Both the position numbers and the translations under genes were made by a program. Source: Eledone cirrhosa (lineage: Eukaryota). Taken from it: a stretch of DNA of 64,000 nt. The stretch lies in the NCBI GenBank assembly GCA_964016885.1, contig OZ024750.1, forward strand, positions 54,064,001-54,128,000. Reading direction: 5' to 3'. The stretch's first letter is position 1, and each line of letters opens with the position of its first letter. The notes below the pieces were generated by a model. It made no database searches. It saw nothing but the letters and a program-made list of their open reading frames with translations, and was not told the DNA's origin. This document shows, in pieces, positions 51,789-63,234 of the stretch.

Positions 51789-51994
51789 ATTATTATACCC
51801 ATCTCCGAAGACGGGTATTATGGAGTTCTTGAATGGGGCGAGGGGCAGTGAAAATGAGTAATTTACAAGGGTTGTTCAAAACACAGCAAAAATACAACTT
51901 TCACCTTCAAAATTCACATCAAACTCATCAACTAACGACACTTAAAATTAAAATCTTTTACTATTATATCCATCTTGGAGATGGGTGTAATAAT
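51789..51994. mobile_element. MITE- or Helentron-like element with self-complementary inverted termini
   Basis: attattatacccatctccgaagacgggtatt ... atatccatcttggagatgggtgtaataat. Confidence 0.5.
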
Positions 51995-52009
51995 AAAAAT
52001 ATACCATAA

Positions 52010-52720
52010 CTCTTCTTTACCCTCTTATTCCTGGGAGGGGGCAGAGTGGGTCCTGCCAGAAGCAACCATCTCCAACTGATCCACCTGGATCCCCACGCAA
52101 GACTAGCCATCCAACCATCTTGCTTGGGATCTACCCCTGGGTCTCCTATCTGTTGGTTTTGCCTGTAAAATCTGTCCAGTGATTCTTTTCTGAAACATTG
52201 TAACCACATGCCCATAGTATAGGAGCTGTGGTCTCTAAATTCGGAGAAGTAATGGCTCTACCTGGAGTGACTTTCTGATCTCCAAGCTACACACTTTACC
52301 GAGTAACATTACTTCAAAGATCCTTTGGAAGAATCCCATTTCACCCACTTGTATTTCTGATCGTATTCTTTTGGTCATTACCCAAGATTCATGACCATAG
52401 GTAAAGGATGGTACGAAAACTGATAGCGAGTTTGGCTTTTACGCCTACCTCCCTCCTTCTGATTATTGAATGCTGAAGCTGGTGCATTACTGCACCAGCT
52501 TTTGCAATTCTAGCACTTAATTCAGCCTCCTGCCTTCCATCACTTGTGAAAATGGCCCTGGGGTACTTGAACTTCTCTACCTGTTTCAGTGGGACTCCAT
52601 TCACATGTAACATGTACTGCAAAGGCTTCCTTGTGAGGACGAGTGTCTCAGTTTTTACAGCACTGATTTTCATTCCAGCCATGCAGCACTCAGCATCAAA
52701 CTTATCAAGTGCAAGTTGAA
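52010..52720 (-). mobile_element. RTE (Expander/Rex3-like) 3' fragment
   Basis: AGMKISAVKTETLV...QVEKFKY...FTSDGRQEAELSARIAKA. Confidence 0.85.
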
Positions 52721-53660
52721 AATAATTTTAACTCTAATTATCGAAAAGAATAAGTGGATAGCATGGATAGGTTTATGTTAACTAAATATTGCTTGTGTTT
52801 TTCATAAAACACTTTTAAAATATTATTTTGACATGAAACATTAAGTATATTTTGTTTTTACAAATGCAAACTGGATTTTTTAACCTCCACCTATTTTTTT
52901 TCTTTTTTTTTGTATTATTATTTATAAATATATATTTGCATTTATAATGAAATTTTCATCCTGGCAAACAAAATATACTTAATGTTTCATATGTAAGTAA
53001 AAGTAAATTCATTTAAAAAGTACTTGAAATTCTAAAAGTAAAAAACTATGTGAAAAAAAAAAAATAAACGAAACTTATTTGTTTCGGTAATTCAAGAAAG
53101 ATTATTTTTTATGCTCTCTTTTTATCATAAATTTCATTTTTATTCACGCTCAAATATATTGTTCGAGAGAATGTGGTACAGATTTTAAGTAACCTTTCAG
53201 TACCATCATGTCCATAGAAGCTCCAGGAATAGCCTGAACCTGATTTCAAATTACTACTGCAGTGTTTATATTACCTTTTTCTCAGAATTTATCATTTTAC
53301 CTAAATCAAAATTAGCCACAAAGGCTGAAGAATATTGGGGAATTATTTGAGGGATTAATCTGTAATTATAGTAAGATAAAAGTACCCTCAAACTAACCAG
53401 GGCAGTGAGTAATTTAAAATCGATTCTGTCCTTCTTCCTGACAATCTGAACACAATTTCAAGTTACCAGGAGCTAATAACTCACTGTCCTTGAGGGTTTT
53501 GGGCGGAGGGGTGAGGGCAGAGTTCTGAGACACGCCTTACAGAAGGTCCTATCAGAAACAACCATCCCCAATTGATTCAGCTGTATCTTTGGAATAAGTG
53601 GGAGAAGAAGAAGGAGTTAATATGAAAGAAAGGGGTCATCATTAGCTGGGTCGTATTAAC

Positions 53661-53813
53661 CTATGTCCCTTCCTCCAGTTTTGTGGCCTCATAAGATGTG
53701 ATCTTGTTCTCAGTCTGGGTCAGTTTGTGGGTTAATTCATCTATCTGGTCAAGGTACATGGGCTGACTGTCTTCAGACACCTTTAATCGGCTTTCATAGT
53801 CTTCCACTTTCAA
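53661..53813 (-). CDS. Candidate host exon encoding a coiled-coil segment, 50 aa plus stop
   Basis: Acceptor cctgttctattgtccag, then LKVEDYESRLKVSEDSQPMYLDQIDELTHKLTQTENKITSYEATKLEEGT*. Only one frame is open; heptad-like pattern; no resemblance to the local repeats. Confidence 0.6.
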   Translation of the reverse strand: MKVEDYESRLKVSEDSQPMYLDQIDELTHKLTQTENKITSYEATKLEEGT

Positions 53814-54229
53814 CTGGACAATAGAACAGGCAGGACACTAATGTGGAGATTAGAGGGAGGACAATGGATGGTTGATAACACACCACACAACTACAATCAC
53901 ACAGCCACACCATTACCATACCATCAACTTACCATGGCTTCAGCCAGACTCTTATCAATATTAGCACGACCACCACCAGAACACACCATAACATCACACA
54001 ACATCAGCACACTATCATAACACACTACATACCATCAACATACACTAGCTTCCTTCTCAATAACACCCCACATTACACCATACCATGCCATCATCTTACC
54101 GTGGCCTCAGCCAGGTCCTTCTCAATAACAACACTCCCACAGTACACCATAACACCATACCATCAAATTAGCCTTCGATTCTCAATATCCCCACCAAAAC
54201 CACACCACCACCATCTCAACACACCATCA

Positions 54230-57200
54230 CACCCTAAAACTAAACCTAAACATAACCCTAAACCTAATACTAAACCTAGCCCTGGTGCAAAACCTAATGC
54301 CCTAACCCTAACTCTGAACCTAATACAAACCCTAAACCTAACCTTAACTCTAACCCTATATCCTAACCATAACTAAACACTAATCCTAACCCTTAACCCT
54401 AACCCTACTCATAAACCTTAAACCTAACCCTAACCCTAACCCTAAACCAAACTTTAATCCAAACCCTAGCCTTGAACATAAACCTAACCATAACCCTAAC
54501 ATAACCCTAACTGTAACCCTAACCCTAAAATCTAGCCTAAACCTACCGTCTAGCTCCTAACCCTAACACTAAACTTAACCCTGACCCTAACGCTAATGCT
54601 TAACTTAACCTTGACCCTAATGCTAAACCTAAACCTAAAATTAACACTAACCCTAATTATAACCCTAACGCTAACCTTAACACTACCCCTAACTCTCACT
54701 TTAACCTTAACCTTAAATCCAAGGCTAGCCCTAAACCCTAAACTCTAACACTTAATGTAACCCCTAACACCTAAACCTGACCTTAACTCTAGGCCTAACT
54801 CTCACCCTAAAGCTAAATCTAACCTAACACTAACCCTAACACAAACCCTAATTCTATCCCTAAACCTAACCTTAACCCTAACATTAACCCTAACCTTAAC
54901 TAAAAAAACTAACCCTAAACCTTACCCTAACACTAACCCTAAATCTAATCTTAACAGTAACCATAAACCTAACCCTAATACTAAACCTAATGCTAAACAG
55001 TAACCCTAACCTAACTATAACACTAACCCTAAACTCTAACACTAAACCCTACCCTTAACCCTAACATGGACAATAACCCTAACCCTAAATCAAACCCCAA
55101 CACCAATCACAACTCCAACCCTAAAACTAACCCTAACACTATTCCTAACATTTAAACTAAACTTAACCCCAACCATAACCATAAACCTAAACATAGTCTT
55201 AAACCTAACACAAGCTCTGATCATAAACTACAAAACATAACCCTAACACCTATTCATAACCCCTAACCATAACCATAATCGTAACCCTAACCCTAATCAG
55301 AAACCTAAACCTTAAAATAACCCTAAACCTAAAACTAACAGTAACCATAACTCTAAACCTAACCCGAACACTAAACCTAACCCTGGGGTAAAAACTTAAC
55401 TCTAATCATAATCATAAATCTAACCCTAACTATAAATCTAAACTTAACCCTAAATCTTACACTAATCCTAAACCCAACTCCAACCCCATTGCCAACACAG
55501 ACCTTAAGCTTAACTATAACCCTAACCTTAACCCTAACACTAATCATAAAGCCTTTCCTAAACTGTAACCCTATCCTTATACCTAACATTAATCCTAATC
55601 CCAAAACCCTAACTCTAAAATTACCCCTAATATTAACTCAAACTTTAATCATAATCCTATCTATAATACTAACGAACAACTAACCCTAACCCTATACTGA
55701 ACCCTAACCCAAACCCTAAACCCAACCCTATCCCTAACCTTAACCCTAACCTTCACACTAAACATAACACTAACACTAACCCTAACCTTATCAGTAGCCC
55801 TAAACAATAACCTAATGCCAGACCCAAACTTTACTTTAACCCTAATCCAAACCTTAACCAAAAACTTAAACCCAAAGCCTAAGCCTAATCTGAACTCTGA
55901 CCATGTTGCTAAACCTAACTCTAGCCCTAAACTCAACCCTAACCCCAACCCTAACCCTAACAATGACACTTAACCCTAAGCCTAACCCTTACCCTACCCT
56001 AAACTTGCTGCTAAACCTAACATTAATCCTAACACTAAAATTTACACTTTCACTAATCCTAACCTAAACTTTAACCCTAACCATATAACCTCTACTCAAT
56101 ACCTAACCGTAACCATAAACCTAACACTAACCATAAACACTAATCCTACATACTAACCCTAACCCTAACTATAAATCTAACACTAAATATTTAACACTAA
56201 ATCCTACCCTAAAACTAACCCTAGACTTAACCCTAAACACAACCTTAACATTTAGCCTAAATCTAACCCTAAACCTAACCCTAACACTAATCCTAACCCA
56301 ATCCAAAACCTAAAACTAACGCTAACCATAACCATAATCTTAAACCATAACCTAACCCTAAACATAACTGCAATACTTAATCTAACACTAACTGAAACCA
56401 TGCACTTAATCCTGAGCCTTACCCTAACCCTGATCCTAACCATAACCCTATACCTTGGCCCTAACCCTATCCATAACCCTAACACTAATCCTCACCATAA
56501 TCTCTAACCTTAATTCTAACCCTAAAACCCTGACTGTAATCTTACCCTAACTACAAAATTAGCCTTAACACAAAACCTATATAACCCATAAATATAACCC
56601 TAACTCTAACCCTAACCCTAATCCTAAACACAAACCTTAACCCTAACACTAATGCTAAACCTAACTCTAACACTAAAACTCACTGTAAACCCTAACCCTT
56701 AAACTAAACATAGCCCTAACCATAACAATGACCCTTAACCCTAACCTTAAAATATATATTAAACATAGTCCTAACACTAACCCTAAACACAACCATAACC
56801 TTAAACCTTACATATCAACCAGAAACCTAACCCTAAACCTATCCTCAACTCTAACACTAAAGCTAAACCCTAACGCTAGCCCTAAACCCTAACCCTACAC
56901 CCTAACCCTTAACCTAACCCTAACTCTAACCCTAACTGAAACGCTAACCATAATCCTAAACCTTACTCTAACCCTAACCCTAACCTAACCTAACCCTATC
57001 CCTAAACCTTAGCCTAATCCAAACCCTAACATTAAACCTTACCCTGAACCTTACACTAAACGTATCTTTAACCCTGACCCTAACCATAACTATAACTATA
57101 AACCCTAATCTTAACTCTATCCTTAACCCTTACCTTCATATGAATCCTAACTGTAACCCTAACCCTAACCCTAATTCTCATGCTAAACCCTACCCTATCC

Positions 57201-57470
57201 CCTAACATAACCTTGCTATAAGCATAACACTAAACCTAACCCTAACAGTAAACCACACAGAAAACCATAACCCTAAACCCTAAACCTAACACTGTTACCA
57301 TAAACCCGAACTCTAAACATAACCCCTAACCTAACCATAATCATAACTCTAACCCTAAAATTAACAGTTAATCCTAACCTTAACTTCAACCCTAACACTA
57401 AACTTACTGCTAAACCTAATATTAACTCTAATTCTAAAGTTTACACTAGCCCTAAACCCTAACCCTTGAA
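54230..57470. repeat. Degenerate (CCCTAA)n telomere-like tract, about 3.2 kb, interstitial
   Basis: Period 6 with many exact ccctaa units and variants (cactaa, ccttaa, acctaa, ccataa, ctctaa). Confidence 0.92.
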
Positions 57471-57479
57471 ACCTATATA

Positions 57480-58640
57480 TACAGGGTGCGGACGATATTT
57501 GTTTGCAAGATTACTGTCTATGAAAAAATAACACAGTAGTTTTATTTATCAAACTTGGGTCAGTTTGTCTTCATAACTTGTTCTTTCGATCTCACTCCAT
57601 TAGCTTTGATGACGGCCTCAAGGCAGCCTCAGAACCGGCTACAGGCCTTTGTCACTGTCCCCCGACATAGGCCCCTAAAGGCACTTGTGATCCTGGCCTT
57701 CAGATCGTCTTTCGTATTGCAGCTAGATCTGTTGGTGTCTCGTTCCACTGCACCCCACACAAAGAAGTCGAGGGGGTTGCAGTCAGGCGAGCTGGGAGGC
57801 CAGATGTCAGGTGAAGTGTGGTCGACAAAGTTCTCTGACAGCCAGGCTTGGGTCTTTCGGCTGGTATGGCAGGGCGTTGAGTCTTGCTGCCACACGTACG
57901 GCCTACCTGCAGCTACCTGGTCGATCCAGGGCTTTACTACCTCGCTCAGAACGCGGATGTAGCCATCGGTGTTCAGCTTGAGGCCCTCAGGGAAGAAGTG
58001 AGGTGGAATGACGTCGCCTTGACTGCTGACGACACCTAAGACCAATGTTGTCGCTGGAAATTTTGTCTGCATGACTCTGGGTACGTCTTTGAATGAGACA
58101 GCGAGCCACCTGTTGTTCTGGGAGTTGATCTTCTGGTCTTCGCTGAAGCTTTTCTCGTCGGAGAAAAACCACAGCATGTCTGGCTTTCAACTTGTTGATC
58201 AGTTTCTTTGCGTGCTTCAGTCGCTTTTCTTGCATCGCCTTTGACAGAAATTGTCCTTTCCTCATCTTGTATGAAACGTAGCGAATGTCTTCATGTACCA
58301 CCAGCCTAATGAGCTTTTCATCCACGCCTTTCTCCCTTGCAATGGCATGCATTGACTTGCTAGGTTCATTGTTGATGATATCCTGAACTTCAGCAACGAA
58401 CTTGGGCGTTCTGAAGGCGTCAGATCGTCGATCATGTGTTTTCCTCTCTGATGTTGTTTCGTAGTCGAATCCTGAATCTTCCAATTCCTTTCTGACCTTT
58501 TCCACTATTCTCCTGCTGACGCTGAGAAAGTGTGAACTTTCCTTATTTGTCCTCCCAGCACAGATTCCAAGAAGAACTCCATGTCTCTTCCACAAATTTG
58601 GAGGTTCAAAATTATTCATAATCAATTATTCTGAAAATAA
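57480..58640 (-). mobile_element. maT (DD37D) Tc1/mariner-superfamily transposon with frameshifted transposase
   Basis: WFFSDEK, QQDSTPCH and WPPSSPDCNPLD with 37 residues between the 2nd and 3rd D; HTH-like N-terminal ORF 57987-58625; TA|CAGGGTG end at 57480; other TIR not found. Confidence 0.9.
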
Positions 58641-59009
58641 ATAATGGAAATATAGTCACTGTTTTTGTTGCATATGGTCCTAGATGTATGTGCTACCTGC
58701 TTTGTATATATTATATGTTTGTGTTTTCGTTTTGTAACCATTATATTATATTTTTTATACAACTGTGAATAAAAGATTTGTAATGTTATTTATACAACTG
58801 TGAATAAAAGCTTGAATTATAAAAAAAACTTTGATAACTGATGAAAATGATCGTGAGAAGATTTCAACTCGAACTTATACATTTTTTCACTGTGAAATGA
58901 CATCATCACATTCTTATTTAATCATTTATTTACATACAAGCACAATTTTTTTTTTTTAAATACGTGGGAGAAGGACATGCACACACAATTATCATCATCA
59001 TCATCATCA

Positions 59010-59870
59010 TCATCCGACAGCCTCAGCCGAAATCGACTCAACAATTGATCTCCACGTGGGTCTGTTGTTCATTGCCGTTGCCAAACCCTGGATTTCAATA
59101 CCAGATTCTCTGGAGATGACATTGGGATAGGAGAGCTTGTGCCCCCTGTTATTAGTGACTGCTTGTGGTTGCTAAAGCACTCATAGGTGGCACGATGGCA
59201 GTGGCCAGAAAATCTTACTCTCCTTTTACATACAACAAATATGTGTGGGAGGCTGGAATATATCTCTCTCAAAGTCAGATGTCACCAGCTTATGTTCTGA
59301 ATGCGTTGAATCAGGTGAGTGTAAGTGCCATCAAGGTGCTTTTGTTGTTTGGATGAAAGCATTCATGTTTCACTTCCATATAGCAAGATTGGTTGAATCG
59401 TTACTTGGAAGAGATTTGAGCGCCAAACTCGATCCATCTTCTTGCAAGTTGACCATGCTTGGGCCTTTCTTGTGGCAAAATCCTTTGATATCTCAGCAGG
59501 AGTGTTGCAGGGTGACACTCTTGCTCCTTTCTTCTTTATCATTGCACTAGACTATGTCCTGAGACTCTCATATTGACAAAATCAATAACAAAGGTATAAC
59601 CATCAAACCCCACATGAGCTCTAGCCCCCCTCTAAACATCTCACCGACCTTGACTTTGCAGATGACCTTGCACTTCTTGCAGATTGCCTAGAAAATGTGC
59701 AACAACTTTTGACATCTCTCCAGGAAGCAGCCGCCCTCGTTGGCCTTCATCTCAACGATGGTAAAACAGAGTACATATGAAGCTGTACAGGCAACAGCAT
59801 CAAAGCAATCAATGGCAGTGATATCAAGCAGGTTGAGGATTTCAAGTATCTTGGGTCCTGGGTCACCCAA
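59010..59870. mobile_element. RTE/RTEX-like LINE fragments in both orientations
   Basis: RRVRFSGHCHR (-); VGLHLNDGKTEYI...QVEDFKYLGSWV (+). Confidence 0.7.
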
Positions 59871-60029
59871 TTATATGTCACAACAACAGGCACTGGTATT
59901 TATCAAAAATTATCAACAAATCATTTTTCCAGCCCGTGGCATCCAAGACGTTTGCAGGACTTGGGCTGCTGACAACGTGGTTCTTGTCATTGTTGCTGGC
60001 TCACCTTATCGAAATATTAGGTGATGTCC

Positions 60030-61940
60030 GTGAGTCTTCTTGCCAACTTATTCCTGAGAGGATTGTAGGGGCAAAGTCCTCAAACACTCCTTCCAGTGGG
60101 TCCTGTCAGAAGCAACCGTCTCCAACTAAGCTCATGGATGTTATCCAACCATTTCATTCAGGGTCTATACCTGGGACTCCTCCTGGTTGGTTTTGCCCGT
60201 AAAATCCGTCCAGCGATTCTTTCCTGAGACATTCTAAACACATGCTCATAGTATCGAAGCTGTGATCTCTCAATTTGGAGAAGTAGCAGCTCTACCTGAT
60301 CTCCGAGCTATGTACTCTATCGAGTAACATTATTCCAAAGACCCATCAGAGGAACCTCATTTCTATCACTTGTATTCGCAATGATTTTTTTTTTTACTAG
60401 ATAGGTAAAGGTTGGCACTGATGCCAAATTGAAGATAGTGAGTTTCGCTTTTACAGCTACCTCCCTTCTTCTGATTACCGAATGCTGAAGCTGGTGCATT
60501 ACTGCACCAGCTCCTGTAATTCTTACTTGCACTTAATTCCTCCTTCTACCTTCCATCACTCGTGAACATGGCTCCAAGATACTTGAACTTCTGCACCTGC
60601 TTCAGTAGAACTCTATTCACATATAGAGTGCATTGTGCAGGATTCCTTAGGCGAATCAGTGTCTCAGTTTTCGCAGCACTGATTTTCATTTCAGCCAAAT
60701 GGGCTTGCCACTTGTTCTGTGAGGTGTGGAATGGACACTAAAAAATTGCGTATCCCGAGACACCAAAGAGGGTTCGAAAGGAAGCAATTGGAACTTGGAA
60801 CATCACAACCCTCATAGGTAAGGAGTAGGAACAAGTGGAAGAGGCTAGATTCTACCGGCTAAATATAAACAGGGTTTCCTCAACAAAGTTGCGTGGCTCT
60901 GATACTGTAGATTTGGATGGGGGATGGAAACTCCACTATTCAGGTGTGATGCCAGAAATGTCTGCACAGGTGGGAGTGGGGATACTCACAAGCCCTTGGC
61001 TGTCAGAATGTGTTATTGACTGGATCCTGTTTGGAGGGAAGATTTTCTTCTTGACACTTAGGCTGAAAGATAGGTCTGTGGGTGGTGCTAGTTTATGTAC
61101 CAAACAAGGAGTCTGAATACAGGTCCTTCCTTGATAAAGTCACTGTAGAGTTAGATGGAGTTAAGACTGAGTCATATATCCTGATGGAAGACTTTAATGC
61201 ACATGTTGGTACTGACCACCTGACATGGAAAGGAGGGAATGGTAACCCTGATCTAAATATGAATGGAGAGGCCTTACTAGACTTCTGTTCTACCACTGGA
61301 TTCTCTGTTATAAACACCTTCTTCCAGCACAGAGACATCCATTAATATACATGGTATAAGGGAAATCAGGGACAGAGATCAATAATTGATTTTGTTATTG
61401 TCTCTGATCTCTTTGATTCTGTGATGGATGTTAAGAGAGAGGCTGAGCTGTCAACTGATCACCATCTTGTTATCTGCAACTTGAGACTACCTAAAGCTAA
61501 AGAAGCCCACAAAAGTGGCAAATCCAGAGCGACCTTCAGGATAAAGTGGGAAGCATTGGTGGTTAAGGAAATCAGAACCAGGTATGCAGATACTATTGCG
61601 TCTAAATTCAGGGAACTCCCTGACCAAACTGAGGACGTTATGACAGCGGAGATTATTCATCTCAGCAGCTTCTGCTTGAGCTGTTAAATGATGCATCCTA
61701 CGCCATACCACGCCTAAAGAGGCGTGGTATGGCGTAGGATGGTAGGAGGTCAAAGATACCATCTGAACAAAGGAGGCCTACAAATCTTGGCTTGGAAGTA
61801 AGTCCTCCTTCTTGCACTTGAGGTACAAGCAGGCTCAAAGAATTGCAGCAGAGACAGTTAAGACAGTGGAGGACTTTGGGGTTAAGCTGGAATTCGACTT
61901 CAGATCGACAAACAAAGTGTTCTGGTCTCCTCCTCCACAT
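60030..61940. mobile_element. RTE (Expander/Rex3-like): 3' piece on minus (60030-60698) joined to 5' piece on plus (60699-61940)
   Basis: IGTWNITTL, AQVGVGIL, EDFNAHVG, LSTDHHLV (+); QVQKFKYLG (-). Confidence 0.85.
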
Positions 61941-61999
61941 ATGCTATCAAGAATGCATCTGAATATTAATTCCTTTTAGTGTGCTTCTTAAAGTATTGT

Positions 62000-62496
62000 T
62001 GTTGGACCTCCATCGGTTCCAGCGACGAGTGTTCCAGTTGTTTGATCAACAGAACATTATGTTCGTGAAATTAACATGCAAGTGGTTGAACAGTCCAGAA
62101 AATACATGTACCCTTAACATAGTTCTCTGGGAGAGTCTACATGATACAGTGTATGATAAGGCTGACCCTTTCAATTACACCATCACCCCTAGCAAAATGG
62201 ACTGAAGCAATGTGAAATATGTCTTGTTTAACGGTACAGCGAGCCGCTGGGAATTGAAATCCTGACCTTGCAATCGTGAACCGAACACCCTAACCACTAA
62301 CCACGGCAAAAAGAAATGACAGATGGATCCTAACTAAGTGAATGACGAAGCCATTAAAGTTAACGCTGAGGTTAGCTTTGCCTTTCACCCTTATGGGCTC
62401 GATAAAATAAAGAACCAGTAACGCATTGGGGTCAATTTGATCGACTTTCCCTTCCCCTTCAAATTGCTGGCCTTGTGCCAAAAAGTAGAAACAATT
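62000..62496. mobile_element. SINE copies: CORE-like on minus (62000-62310) and short family on plus (62370-62496)
   Basis: Reversed head gccgtggttagtggttagggtgttcgg; body ctttgcctttcacccttatgggctcgataaaataaag. Confidence 0.7.
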
Positions 62497-63073
62497 CAAT
62501 AATGAAAATATTTAAAGAATGGAAGTATCTTTGATGTCCTTCCATAGCTAAGTTTGATGACAGCTTTCTTTTGTTTTAAGCCTTCAAGTTATCACAAAAA
62601 ATTTGCAATTGCCAAGGTCCGTTGCCAGGCTGGAAACTTCCGAACATTCTCGATAATCACTAATACAAAATAATTCTAAGGCGGAGTTTTGGAATCAGTT
62701 TATCACTGTAATTTTGTTTCTAAATCTGAGAGTGCACCATTGAAAAGAAGTGAGGCAGTGTCATCCCCTACCATCCGCTGTTGGTGAGCAACCATCGTAC
62801 ACAATGAAAGGCATTAGACATTATTATGCACCTTAATTTCATTAACATTTATTTTAATTAATTACAATCATCTTCTTTCATAGATATTATTATCAAACAT
62901 AATTATATTTTATTTATTTCACATACTTATGCATACAATTAAACATAATTTATATACATGCGTGAGAAGTGGCAGAAATCACACATTACAATAAAGTATT
63001 GATGGCAAGTATTCATGGGTGATAGAGAGACTAAAACGTTGGAATAACCAAGTACCTTCAGCAGGAGCATCAC

Positions 63074-63155
63074 CTGATATGTCGGTAAGGCGACCGACAA
63101 CAATGACACGAACCTCATTGGTCCTGACCCAGCTCCTCAAACGTTTCAAACATCC
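63074..63155 (-). pseudogene. Possible tetraspanin-like exon (end of EC2 and start of TM4) with an apparent 2-nt deletion
   Basis: ttgttcagccag|GCLKRLRSWVRTNEVRVIVV-(frameshift)-VALPTYQ|gtgatg; GCxxxLxxWxxxN...Q pattern. Confidence 0.35.
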
Positions 63156-63234
63156 CTGGCTGAACAAAATAATTTGCCAATAATTTCAGGTATTTTAGAA
63201 TTTTATTGTTCGGTTTTCGATGAGCCTCTTCTTT

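Noticed and set aside
53105-53270. Possible further minus-strand exon downstream of the coiled-coil exon
   Set aside because: Weak acceptor, two open frames and no recognisable peptide; cannot be supported.
55377-56485. LGLGLG / VRVRVR ORFs
   Set aside because: Translations of degenerate TTAGGG repeats.
54230-57470. Functional telomere
   Set aside because: Internal, flanked by complex DNA on both sides, and too degenerate.
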